Virus record (IMG/VR): IMGVR_UViG_3300025875_000001
Coordinates: 1 to 64,000 of that record
Source: a virus
Length of the DNA stretch: 64,000 nucleotides
Direction: 5' to 3' (one strand)
Position 1 is the first letter of the stretch. Every line of letters begins with the position of its first letter. The position numbers were made by a program, and so were the translations under genes. The notes under the pieces are model-generated. The model was not told the DNA's origin, searched no databases, and saw only the letters and a list, made by a program, of their open reading frames with translations. Positions 9,679 to 18,956 of the stretch are shown in pieces.

Positions 9679-10891
9679 CTAAATCAAACTTTTCCTTAAA
9701 TACACCACGTGCTGCGTCTGTTTCAAAATAAAACGCAAAGTTAGGCCCATTCCTATTCTTGCGACTAACCACTTCTACAATATTGCTATCGTCCCACTTA
9801 TGTACTGCAATTGCTAGGTTAGAGTCATACTCAATACCACTACTCCATGCAATCTGGCTCAATAACGGCGGTGAGTCTCTTTTATCATTTTCATCGTCTG
9901 TAACAGCACTAAGGAACATAATAGGAATTCCTAGGTCACCAGCCAAAAGCTTTGTCTCACGACTTAAATTGAGCATGCGCGGCGTCATGGCAGCAGTCTT
10001 TGCATTATCCATAAATAGCTGAGCATAATCCATTACAATAAAATCAGGCTTAAATACATCTGCCTTAGCCCTAACGATATTAGGAGTAAACTGACCTACA
10101 CCTTCTGGGGAAACCACAATAAACCCAGCTTTATTGACAAGATTCTTTTTTGCCCATTCTCTAAAGTCATCAGGATCTACATCACCTCTAGCCAACTTAT
10201 TCATATCAAATAAACCAGAAGCAATCATAGCATAAGCCCTTTCCCTTACCTCTGCCGGGCTCATCTCCAAACTGACTATCATTACCTTCCGACCCTGTAA
10301 CCATGCATTAATAGCCGCCAACAAAGCAAAGAATGACTTCATCCTACCTGTATAACCAAATACAGTAATAAGATGACCTGGTGCCCAACCAGTTGTGTAA
10401 ACAGCATCAATAGCTTTAAACATTGTTGGAATGCCAGGTGTACCATTTTCACTTGACATATCACGCAAACGCTCAAAATGAGCTTCCGCATCTTGCCAAT
10501 CAGTAATGTCTAAATCATTACTGTTAGCTGTTAACCTAGTCAATGAGCTCAGATCGGTCAGCAACCCCTCTAAAATTTTACCAGGAGCATCCTTGTCCCA
10601 CACTTTAGTAGCTTGCACAATAGCTTGCTCCATATGTGAGCGAATATATCCACCCTTTACTTCATTAAGGTAATACTCACTGGCTGCTGGGGCTACAATC
10701 TCATCAATTTTATACCTGTCTTTTAAAACCTCAAAGGTTGGTACAGTTCTGTATTTAAGGTAATAACTTTTCATACCTTCGACTACGTCTTGATACGGAC
10801 CAAATATTTTACTATCCTCACCCATTACCAAGTGTATGTCTTTATCTTCGCATATGGAATTAATCAGTAGTAATTCTGGCTGTTCGCTCAT
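9671..10891 (-). CDS. dnaB: DnaB-like replicative helicase
   Basis: Walker A variant GYTGRMKS, SLEMS, IVMDYAQL, SRKNRNGP. Confidence 0.92.
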   Translation of the reverse strand: MSEQPELLLINSICEDKDIHLVMGEDSKIFGPYQDVVEGMKSYYLKYRTVPTFEVLKDRYKIDEIVAPAASEYYLNEVKGGYIRSHMEQAIVQATKVWDKDAPGKILEGLLTDLSSLTRLTANSNDLDITDWQDAEAHFERLRDMSSENGTPGIPTMFKAIDAVYTTGWAPGHLITVFGYTGRMKSFFALLAAINAWLQGRKVMIVSLEMSPAEVRERAYAMIASGLFDMNKLARGDVDPDDFREWAKKNLVNKAGFIVVSPEGVGQFTPNIVRAKADVFKPDFIVMDYAQLFMDNAKTAAMTPRMLNLSRETKLLAGDLGIPIMFLSAVTDDENDKRDSPPLLSQIAWSSGIEYDSNLAIAVHKWDDSNIVEVVSRKNRNGPNFAFYFETDAARGVFKEKFDLDE

Positions 10892-11213
10892 TTAGCTCCT
10901 GTACCTTCAATTTCGTCTCGGCCCGCAATTTCTTGCGATCTACTTCGTCTTTTTCTCTTTCTAATTTGCGTCTAACCATATCATCATAATTACGAAATAG
11001 CTGTAGAAGAGGATGACCCGGGCGGTGAGTCTCAAAATAATACTGTATTATCTCTTTTGACTCAACCGGCCCCAGGTCTTTAAGCATATCTTGAAATCCC
11101 CACTTATCCTTATATCTATTTATAAGCGGCTTCTTTCCATACTTTTCTGCATACAGCTTTTCGTAGAGACTAATCAGCGCATTTACTGTTTTAGTTTCTG
11201 CTGCTGTTGGCAA
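10860..11213 (-). CDS. hypothetical protein (possible helicase partner)
   Basis: 117-aa ORF directly upstream of dnaB. Confidence 0.7.
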   Translation of the reverse strand: MPTAAETKTVNALISLYEKLYAEKYGKKPLINRYKDKWGFQDMLKDLGPVESKEIIQYYFETHRPGHPLLQLFRNYDDMVRRKLEREKDEVDRKKLRAETKLKVQELNERTARITTD

Positions 11214-11214
11214 T

Positions 11215-11424
11215 TTAGCTCTTTAGGTCCTTTACCTTTTCTACCAACAGGTCTTCTACCTGTTGTGCAACTCGGTTTAAAGTATCGGACTCAGACTCGC
11301 CCGGCGCACCACCAACAGTAAGCTCAAATTCAATGTCACAATTTTCGTAATTACCAAGGTTTACCTTATATGCCATTCTTGCTCTCGCAGTAACCTTACC
11401 GCCTAAATCTTCTAATGCACTCAT
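11215..11424 (-). CDS. hypothetical protein
   Basis: 69-aa ORF with VNLGNYE motif, operonic packing. Confidence 0.7.
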   Translation of the reverse strand: MSALEDLGGKVTARARMAYKVNLGNYENCDIEFELTVGGAPGESESDTLNRVAQQVEDLLVEKVKDLKS

Positions 11425-11699
11425 GTACTAAATCCTGTCTTAAAGTCGTTTGTTCCCGGCGTCTTAGGTTGCCCACCGTCTTCCTGCTCTCTACCTAATC
11501 TATCTGATACATCAGCCCAAAGTGCAGCTATCTTCAATAAAGAGTCTGTATCACTTTCACCAATTGCTATCTCAGAAGCTATATCTAAAGCTTGCGCTGC
11601 CTGTGCTAAAGCAGTTTCCGTGCAAAGTAATTCACCAATAGGCGCAAACTCTATTTCTATAACCTCTGGACTACCTTCTACCAATCTCCCGCCTTCCAC
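11421..11699 (-). CDS. hypothetical protein
   Basis: operonic ORF. Confidence 0.6.
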   Translation of the reverse strand: MEGGRLVEGSPEVIEIEFAPIGELLCTETALAQAAQALDIASEIAIGESDTDSLLKIAALWADVSDRLGREQEDGGQPKTPGTNDFKTGFST

Positions 11700-12100
11700 A
11701 CTGGCACGTATTCACCATGATCTTTTACATACGTTATTTGCTGATTTTGCAACATTGCCCTTAACTCTAACTTACTAGGCAAATCGCGCCAGCTATTTAT
11801 TAATCCATCACTTCTAGGTCGGCCAGCATGCGTTGTTGCAAAGTATTCATGCACCGCCATTATATCATCTTCTGATAATAAATATCTTCCAGGCTTATAG
11901 GTACCATCTAACTTATATGTTCTCTGCGGAGTTGGTATTGCCTTATCAAGTATAAGCTTATTTATATATATACTATGTCGACCTATTAACTCTGACACTT
12001 CTTTCAGACGATATCCCTTAGTGGCATTCTTTCTAATTTCTGTATAACTATAAGAATACCTACATCTATCTTGATAACACCAAGCGACTAGTAAATCCAT
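11678..12100 (-). CDS. helix-turn-helix DNA-binding protein
   Basis: YRLKEVSELIGRHSIYINKLI HTH-like segment (MerR/excisionase-like). Confidence 0.65.
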   Translation of the reverse strand: MDLLVAWCYQDRCRYSYSYTEIRKNATKGYRLKEVSELIGRHSIYINKLILDKAIPTPQRTYKLDGTYKPGRYLLSEDDIMAVHEYFATTHAGRPRSDGLINSWRDLPSKLELRAMLQNQQITYVKDHGEYVPVWKAGDW

Positions 12101-12192
12101 ACCTCTATTATGCTGAATTAGCTTGTGCAGCTTACTATTAATATAGAAATATTTATGCCATCTACCATTACGCTTTGGTTTTAGCTTATAAT

Positions 12193-12354
12193 CTATTCCT
12201 GTGCGCTCAGTCGACGCTTTAATCTTTCTAATTCTTCATCACCCTCTTCATAAGTCTTGCGTCTACCACAAGACAAACATGAAAAATCTATTAGGCCACC
12301 CTCATCTACATCGCAACAGACAAAGCCGCCACATCTACCACATTTTAAGCTCAT
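12193..12354 (-). CDS. small zinc-finger protein (53 aa, not in ORF track)
   Basis: Manual translation MSLKCGRCGG...SCLSCGRR; AGGAGG SD upstream. Confidence 0.75.
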   Translation of the reverse strand: MSLKCGRCGGFVCCDVDEGGLIDFSCLSCGRRKTYEEGDEELERLKRRLSAQE

Positions 12355-12394
12355 ATTACCTCCTTATTCATCCAATATTCTAACATAATTTACA

Positions 12395-13198
12395 TCAATT
12401 GCTAAACACTTTACCATCAATTACACAGCTATATCCATTTTCATTTTGCACAATTTCAATTAATTGAATGTATGGGTATCCATTAACTATATGTGCTACA
12501 GCAAAACCTAATTGCCAATTATGAACATTCGTATACATCATACCAGCACACTTTATATCGCTCATATGCCCAATCTCAAACCCACGAACCGTCTCGTTCC
12601 TTAGCTCATATGTCTGATAATAAGAACCTAAACGATGGCTATGTCCTCGAATAACACTAACACCTAAATTGTCCATATCGCTTTTAACGCTTGAACCAGA
12701 ATCTTTTAGCGCGCTGATACCGTGGTGAGCAAATAAATCACCATATCTTTTTCTCGGCAAATCATTATAATAGATATAATCAATTCCAAGATCGTCCAAC
12801 CCCCACATGGCATTAGGGGTTACCTCTGACGCCCACGCAGGAGCTTTCTTATCCATATATGAAAACACTCTTATATCGTGGTTTCCAAGAGCAACGAATA
12901 TTTCAGAATCAGGACGCATCTCCCTGGTTTGTGAGTAAAACTCTTTTGTTATACGCTCAGTCTCCATGACATACGGTATAGGAGATTCTTCTGGCTTTTT
13001 AGCGATTAAATTAAAAAACTCTTCTGTTGTCCCATCACTATACTTAGAATAACAAGCCTGATCGGATTGATCACCTAAGTAATCTACCACATCAGGCTTA
13101 TACCACTTCATGACTTTAAACCAAAGCTCTACAGCTCTCTTATCATGATATGGAAATTGCTGATCACTAGACAGCATCCACTTTAAATCATTACTCAT
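12395..13198 (-). CDS. calcineurin-like metallophosphoesterase
   Basis: SSDQQ, LGDQSD, GNHD, HHG, GHSHR motifs; start trimmed to MSNDLK, downstream of a TTGCAT-18-TAAGAT promoter. Confidence 0.85.
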   Translation of the reverse strand: MSNDLKWMLSSDQQFPYHDKRAVELWFKVMKWYKPDVVDYLGDQSDQACYSKYSDGTTEEFFNLIAKKPEESPIPYVMETERITKEFYSQTREMRPDSEIFVALGNHDIRVFSYMDKKAPAWASEVTPNAMWGLDDLGIDYIYYNDLPRKRYGDLFAHHGISALKDSGSSVKSDMDNLGVSVIRGHSHRLGSYYQTYELRNETVRGFEIGHMSDIKCAGMMYTNVHNWQLGFAVAHIVNGYPYIQLIEIVQNENGYSCVIDGKVFSN

Positions 13199-13273
13199 AT
13201 AATCTCTTTCTGTTGTTGTTGCTCTGGTCAACCATCTTACACCATGATCGACTACCCATGCAACTTGGATCAA

Positions 13274-13549
13274 TTACACAGCGTAATCATGTTCAGTGCG
13301 AGTACAACAAAATAGATTATCCTCACTATTATCCATTTTGTCTTCGCTTATATGGTGTACTGTCTCCCAACTATTTAATATTCTATTTACCCGGCGCTCT
13401 ACTACAAGACGATGCTCATAATACCACCCATCAAAACTTTTTGGATGCTCCGGCACTTTAATAAGAATATAACCATTATAATAAAGACTTGTCTCTCTCT
13501 TAGTCCAAGTTTGTATTGGACTGTACGATGACCTTTTTATCAATATCAA
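13274..13549 (-). CDS. minimal HNH endonuclease
   Basis: YEHRLVVE...ETVHHISEDKMDNSEDNL. Confidence 0.75.
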   Translation of the reverse strand: MILIKRSSYSPIQTWTKRETSLYYNGYILIKVPEHPKSFDGWYYEHRLVVERRVNRILNSWETVHHISEDKMDNSEDNLFCCTRTEHDYAV

Positions 13550-13564
13550 TCCTAAATATAAATT

Positions 13565-14020
13565 TTAATAACCCACTGCAACCCAATGAAGTATACCTGA
13601 ATTTCTTAAAGCATCAAAAGTAGTTCCTTGCCACGGAACCGCATGAATAAGACCAGTAAAACCCCTATGATCAACAATCTCATTATTGTTTCCATCAATA
13701 TTACATAATGTAACATATTTTTTGTGGGGTGAACTACTTGTTGAAACTGTAGCTGTTACTATTGGATGACACCCTGGAGTGAAAAAATTACCAAAATAAA
13801 CTTTAACGCCCGTATACTCAGAATTTGGAGTTGCTGGATATCTAGTATGACTAGCAAGCATTTTAAGACCTGAATTTCTTCTAACACTGTTTGCACTATA
13901 CGTTATTCGTGGAGTATTCTCAAATAACCATTGGTCGTTATTAGTCATCTTATTTAATTTTGTTATATCCAATGGTGCCCCCACAGGCCACGTTACATTA
14001 CTATACGGTAGTGCTGGCAT
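13565..14020 (-). CDS. putative minor tail/virion protein
   Basis: end of tail gene cluster; H-type-lectin-like C-terminus ending HWVAVGY. Confidence 0.45.
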   Translation of the reverse strand: MPALPYSNVTWPVGAPLDITKLNKMTNNDQWLFENTPRITYSANSVRRNSGLKMLASHTRYPATPNSEYTGVKVYFGNFFTPGCHPIVTATVSTSSSPHKKYVTLCNIDGNNNEIVDHRGFTGLIHAVPWQGTTFDALRNSGILHWVAVGY

Positions 14021-14165
14021 CTATATCCTCCAACTCTTTCTGGCTTAACATCTTATGTAATGTTTCTACTTGAACTTGTAGCACAGCTTTTTCTTTAGAA
14101 AGCTGTGCTATTTGATTTCCTAAATTAGCCATAACTTCATTAATATCTAACTCTATTTTATCCAT
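14001..14165 (-). CDS. small coiled-coil protein (54 aa, not in ORF track)
   Basis: Manual translation MDKIELDINEVMANLGNQIAQLSKEKA...; overlaps both neighbours. Confidence 0.65.
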   Translation of the reverse strand: MDKIELDINEVMANLGNQIAQLSKEKAVLQVQVETLHKMLSQKELEDIDASTTV

Positions 14166-17100
14166 TATCATTCTCCTTCTGTTGTTTATCTATCTTACCA
14201 CGAACACTTTTTCTAAGCTCAGCCATTTCTTCTTTTAACCTATCAATTTCATCAATCAATTCTTGGCTGGTACCAATAGCCATTGTTAGCGCATGATACA
14301 TATCTATTCCTTTGCCGTCTTTTGTTGTTATAAAATCTGGTTGCTCTTGGGCTATTAAACCGATTTCTTCAAACGTTTCTATATCATCATCACGCTTACG
14401 ATGATACTTTTTAGGTCCCCCGGCCTTTCTCATGGCATCAACCATACTGACATCCATATTTTTAATATCAGTTTTACTTTCTTTATCAGAGCGAACAATA
14501 AATCCCGCCGCATAAATTTTTTCGAATCCCGTATCAGTCGCATTTCGCAATTCAAGTCTCATCTCTTCTACACCAGAATAATAAGCTTTCAATAAAGTTC
14601 CATATCCAGCATTATTAATAAGCGAAATCCTAGCACTAGAAAATGCATCTCCACCATTACTTTGTATTCTTGTAGATGCCCCACCAGTAAAACTAAAGTA
14701 AGACTTATCCGCAGTTATAAACAAATCTCCAGGTGCATTAATGCCCATAGTATTAGAAGAGTATAAATTAATACCCCTACCGAAAATATTTACACTCGCA
14801 TTACTACCGGCATTAATTTCCATTGCTGCTGTACCAGTTTGACCAAGAGATACGGCATTAGCATTTATAAACATTCTACCTGTAGCCACCATGTTTATAT
14901 CTTTCTTTAAAGATATAGAGCTTGTGCTTTGCCTAACTCCTGTATTAGTATCTGATTCAACGCCTATGATATATACCTCTGGTGCTGATATATCAACTTC
15001 TTTGATAGAAGTAACAGCAATTGTACCGGTATCTATTAAGTTTATAGCGCTAGTACCTATGTTAGTATTTGTTGAGGGAGCGCTTAACTGCATTACAGTT
15101 TCATTAGTCGCGTCATCATCCAAAGACATATCAATCAAACGTAAATATGACTGTATAGTATCCGAACCATAAAATTTAATAGCGCTATATGTATATGTGG
15201 CATCCATATACGACCCTGCATCCTCTGGATCGATTACAATCCTTGGCCCAGAAGACGCAGTTTGAAGGAGAGAACCGGTAATTTCAGCACCTAAAATAGC
15301 TCCTCTAAACACACCATTACTAAACTCTACGTCGCCATTACCTTTAATTGCCCAACCAGTAGAACCTGCCAAATAATTGTATGACTGTATAGACATAGCA
15401 TTCTTTTGAACAGCACTATACTCAGATCCACCAACAACGACCTTTCCTCTAATCAAAGCATCACTAAACATAGCATTACCTTGAAGGTTAATAGACCATG
15501 CTGGGAGTGTAATGTCACCAACAGTATTTAATAATGTTGAAGATATTTCTCCAGTAGTAATAGAATTACCATCTATTTTTGTTACCCCCGGCAACTTAAA
15601 TTGAGACGCTGTATGCTCTAATTTACCAATACGACGCTCTACCTGAATACCATCAAATCTCCACGTTCCAGCCTTAGTTCCAATTCTAATTCCAACAGCA
15701 GAATCTTGTATCTCTCCATTTTCAAACGACCAAGCTATTCTAGTCCACACTCCCGCCGGAATAGTTGACGTCATTCTTGCTTTATTGGTAGAAATTCCAT
15801 CAGCAGAAGTCAAAACTCCAATAGCTAAATCACCAGGCTCAATAGGTTGGTCTGCCAATACATACATAGATATTACATATGAAGAATTTGGCTCAAATTT
15901 TAAATTAAATTTTGATAATCCAGACCAAAGAATGACAGAACTTTCAGTAGTAGAATTTACCGCCCTTACTACCTTAAGAGACGTGTTTCCAAAATATCCG
16001 GTCGTTGTATCTATAGACGTATTAAGATTTGAGTTTCTATATATATTATTTAAATAATAAGAAGGGCTGTAATCAAATAATGCGTATGGAGCAGGAACCA
16101 TATTAGCTGCCGAATCTTGAAGCTCAATCGCTTTGGCTGAGATAGTTCCATCATACATAGTTAATGTATTGTTAGCTATTCTATAGCCAGTCCTATTGAC
16201 CGAACTAAAGTTTTCAGACTCTATCGACCCGGCCAAAGAGACAGTTAGTTTGGACTGAACAAATAAATTATTTGTAAATGCACTATTAGCTCTCAGCTTA
16301 TTTGCTTCTAAGTCAATGATCTTAGCGTTAGCAATGGTTGCATCAGCAATATTAGCGTTCGTGATAAGGTCAACAGTTGTACCAGTTTGATCTGATACAG
16401 GAGATTCATTTCCATTTCCATCTACTGCTATTATTCTTACAAATACAGGAACATTGGAGCCCGCAGAAGATGTCACGGGACGCGCAAACTTTAACCCGGC
16501 AAATCCATTTTGACTTGGTGGTGCAGTAACTGGTATATCACCTAAATAAGTATCATCATCAGCCGCAAAACCATCTAGCCCGGAATAAACCCTTAAAGAT
16601 GTCGTATCGTCTGCCAACGAGTCGCCAAAGGCATCTTTTAGCCTATGCGTAATTAGCAGGGCATGTGTGTCTCCTGCTACAAGAGGAACTGCTGGCTTTT
16701 TAGGACCAAATGTATCGCTAATAGTTTGTTGTATTCCTACCAACCAATTTGAAGGATTACTACTTAAATCTATAGCCCTTACTTGGAAGTCATAGTTTTT
16801 TCCTCCGGCCAAATTTGATATTCTGACTTTTGGATCGGTAGAAGTTCCATAAGACCAATCGTTTTCTGTGGCTATGCTGTAGCGATATTCATAGTATGAA
16901 AAATCTGTATCATTTGATGGATTCCACTGTGCATCAAGATAATAATTCCACGTTGTACCAAATAGAATCTGTCCCGCTTCCAACTCTAAACCAGTCAAAG
17001 TATCTGGACCCTGAATATCAGTACCGAATTGAGTCAAAGGGGTCGCGCTAACTATTCCGCTTTCTGCATATTGATCAAATAAATCTACGGCACGAATTTT

Positions 17101-17736
17101 GTAATAATGGCGCACATATTGTGTAGTACTAATCAACGCGGTCGTTGATGTACCTGACCATTCCTTATTCCACGTAGCTTGATCTAAAGAATGAAAAACT
17201 TGATATTCCTTAAAGTCATCTATATTAACAGAATTCCAGGAAACCAATATAGAATCACCTGAGGATTTTGCAACCTCGCCAGTAGATGCTGGGGGTGGTG
17301 GATTTGTCGCAGATTTTATTGGACCGGAATCTATCATATTGCCAGATAAATCACGGCCCCTAACACTTACAGAAACAGTAGGCTTTGGTGTACCAAAAGC
17401 ACCCCTATTGATATCCAAGGTGATATCAAATCTAGCCTGTGTAGTATAATATCTTTTTGTAACGCTTCCAGCAGTTATAGAAACTTCATAATCTTTAAAG
17501 TCAGTAAGCTCAGATCCATCCTCATTAGATGTCAGTTCATTCCATGTAGCAACAAAAGAAGATCCACTTACTATAAGATTTAGATTTGAAACTGGACCCG
17601 GCGCTACACCATCTGATGCAGTTTCAAATCTAAATACACTAGACCAAGGCGAAAAGTTGTCATTATTGCGCAATCTAAAAGAAATAGCATACGCTTGATT
17701 TGGAGTTAAGTTAGGAATAGTACGTCTATATGTCAT
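14158..17736 (-). CDS. minor tail/central fibre protein with FN3 repeats, carbohydrate-binding module and C-terminal intramolecular chaperone (peptidase S74-like)
   Basis: FN3-like segments (YDFQVRAID), CBM-like block, C-terminal RSDKESKTDIK...IGLIAQE plus coiled coil. Confidence 0.8.
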   Translation of the reverse strand: MTYRRTIPNLTPNQAYAISFRLRNNDNFSPWSSVFRFETASDGVAPGPVSNLNLIVSGSSFVATWNELTSNEDGSELTDFKDYEVSITAGSVTKRYYTTQARFDITLDINRGAFGTPKPTVSVSVRGRDLSGNMIDSGPIKSATNPPPPASTGEVAKSSGDSILVSWNSVNIDDFKEYQVFHSLDQATWNKEWSGTSTTALISTTQYVRHYYKIRAVDLFDQYAESGIVSATPLTQFGTDIQGPDTLTGLELEAGQILFGTTWNYYLDAQWNPSNDTDFSYYEYRYSIATENDWSYGTSTDPKVRISNLAGGKNYDFQVRAIDLSSNPSNWLVGIQQTISDTFGPKKPAVPLVAGDTHALLITHRLKDAFGDSLADDTTSLRVYSGLDGFAADDDTYLGDIPVTAPPSQNGFAGLKFARPVTSSAGSNVPVFVRIIAVDGNGNESPVSDQTGTTVDLITNANIADATIANAKIIDLEANKLRANSAFTNNLFVQSKLTVSLAGSIESENFSSVNRTGYRIANNTLTMYDGTISAKAIELQDSAANMVPAPYALFDYSPSYYLNNIYRNSNLNTSIDTTTGYFGNTSLKVVRAVNSTTESSVILWSGLSKFNLKFEPNSSYVISMYVLADQPIEPGDLAIGVLTSADGISTNKARMTSTIPAGVWTRIAWSFENGEIQDSAVGIRIGTKAGTWRFDGIQVERRIGKLEHTASQFKLPGVTKIDGNSITTGEISSTLLNTVGDITLPAWSINLQGNAMFSDALIRGKVVVGGSEYSAVQKNAMSIQSYNYLAGSTGWAIKGNGDVEFSNGVFRGAILGAEITGSLLQTASSGPRIVIDPEDAGSYMDATYTYSAIKFYGSDTIQSYLRLIDMSLDDDATNETVMQLSAPSTNTNIGTSAINLIDTGTIAVTSIKEVDISAPEVYIIGVESDTNTGVRQSTSSISLKKDINMVATGRMFINANAVSLGQTGTAAMEINAGSNASVNIFGRGINLYSSNTMGINAPGDLFITADKSYFSFTGGASTRIQSNGGDAFSSARISLINNAGYGTLLKAYYSGVEEMRLELRNATDTGFEKIYAAGFIVRSDKESKTDIKNMDVSMVDAMRKAGGPKKYHRKRDDDIETFEEIGLIAQEQPDFITTKDGKGIDMYHALTMAIGTSQELIDEIDRLKEEMAELRKSVRGKIDKQQKENDNG

Positions 17737-18620
17737 ATATTAAGTTTCACCGTATATTCTATATCTAATGGCTCAGCAGCATTTTTTACAATAGGAGTAA
17801 CCAACCTGGACCTACTTATCAACACTGTATTACTATCTAGATTAGTATTTTTCTCTACTCTCAACGCATCAAATTTAGCTACTCCAGCACCCGCCGTTGT
17901 TGCCCTTGCTCCTATTCTTAAATATTTTATATCCGCCCAATTTGGCGAACCTGTTGCTACAAAACTATTTTTTAGAACAAACCCTATTTTATATCCAGTT
18001 CCAGAATTGATAATAACTCCAGTATAATAATCCTGATCACTAGTATGAAAATATATTAACATAGAACTAATATTTGAAACTGCTTCATATGCAATTAAAA
18101 ATTCATCTGCATTTGAATATGAACTTAGGTCCTGAGAGAATGTACTAAAGTTAGCTGTAGCTATACTGTTTACAGCAGGACTAAGCAAAAGAGACTCCGC
18201 GCTTAATCGTGATGTATTATCCCATGTTGCCCCTATCCACGTCTCCGTATCAGGATCAGCCGCCGACAATATCCTAGGGCTATTGGCACCCATTGAAGAA
18301 GATGTCTTAAAAGCCCACAAACCCACTTCGCTTATAGTAATAGCGACACCAGGGCGTAAACTGGTTTTAAATACCAACTTTGGATCAGATGTACTATATC
18401 CAATTTGATCAATCTCTTGTGATTCAATCTCAAAGTTTAATCTAGTATCATTTACTGATGCTGTATTAGAGCCCACTCCGACCGAAATAGTATCTCCAAT
18501 TTGTGGTGTAGCACCAGCCAAATATTTAATAAATTGACCCTTACCGGCATTAGTAATAATATTGTTAGATACAGCAACCAGATCCCCTCGTTTATAAAAC
18601 TTATACTGACCTTTAAGCAA
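17733..18620 (-). CDS. minor tail protein
   Basis: NNIITNAGK N-terminus and position in tail cluster. Confidence 0.6.
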   Translation of the reverse strand: MLKGQYKFYKRGDLVAVSNNIITNAGKGQFIKYLAGATPQIGDTISVGVGSNTASVNDTRLNFEIESQEIDQIGYSTSDPKLVFKTSLRPGVAITISEVGLWAFKTSSSMGANSPRILSAADPDTETWIGATWDNTSRLSAESLLLSPAVNSIATANFSTFSQDLSSYSNADEFLIAYEAVSNISSMLIYFHTSDQDYYTGVIINSGTGYKIGFVLKNSFVATGSPNWADIKYLRIGARATTAGAGVAKFDALRVEKNTNLDSNTVLISRSRLVTPIVKNAAEPLDIEYTVKLNI

Positions 18621-18918
18621 TTCTATAATACCTCACTTCATACTCCGCACCTGGGACAGATGGTAATTCTATCACAACATCTACAGTTTGAGTTCCATCG
18701 GGAGCAGTTTTTATTGTTTGAGAAATAATATCAAAATTTACATTTGGTGTTGGTAAGGTTGTTGTTGATATAGGAGAAGTAGGTGTTATATCGACTGATG
18801 AACTATCGCCATATCCACTATAACTATCGTTTACATCTATATCTTCACTAAATCTTACGTCGACTATATTGTTAGGTACAAAAAACCTTGAATCAATAAG
18901 TATTTCATTCTTTCTCAT
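18613..18918 (-). CDS. minor tail protein
   Basis: position in tail cluster. Confidence 0.5.
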   Translation of the reverse strand: MRKNEILIDSRFFVPNNIVDVRFSEDIDVNDSYSGYGDSSSVDITPTSPISTTTLPTPNVNFDIISQTIKTAPDGTQTVDVVIELPSVPGAEYEVRYYRIA

Positions 18919-18924
18919 TACCTT

Positions 18925-18952
18925 ATTTTACTACAACCTCAATTTATTGCAA
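18925..18952 (-). promoter_or_regulatory. putative sigma70/SigA-type promoter
   Basis: TTGCAA-16-TAAAAT upstream of the 18918 start. Confidence 0.5.
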
Positions 18953-18956
18953 GCTT

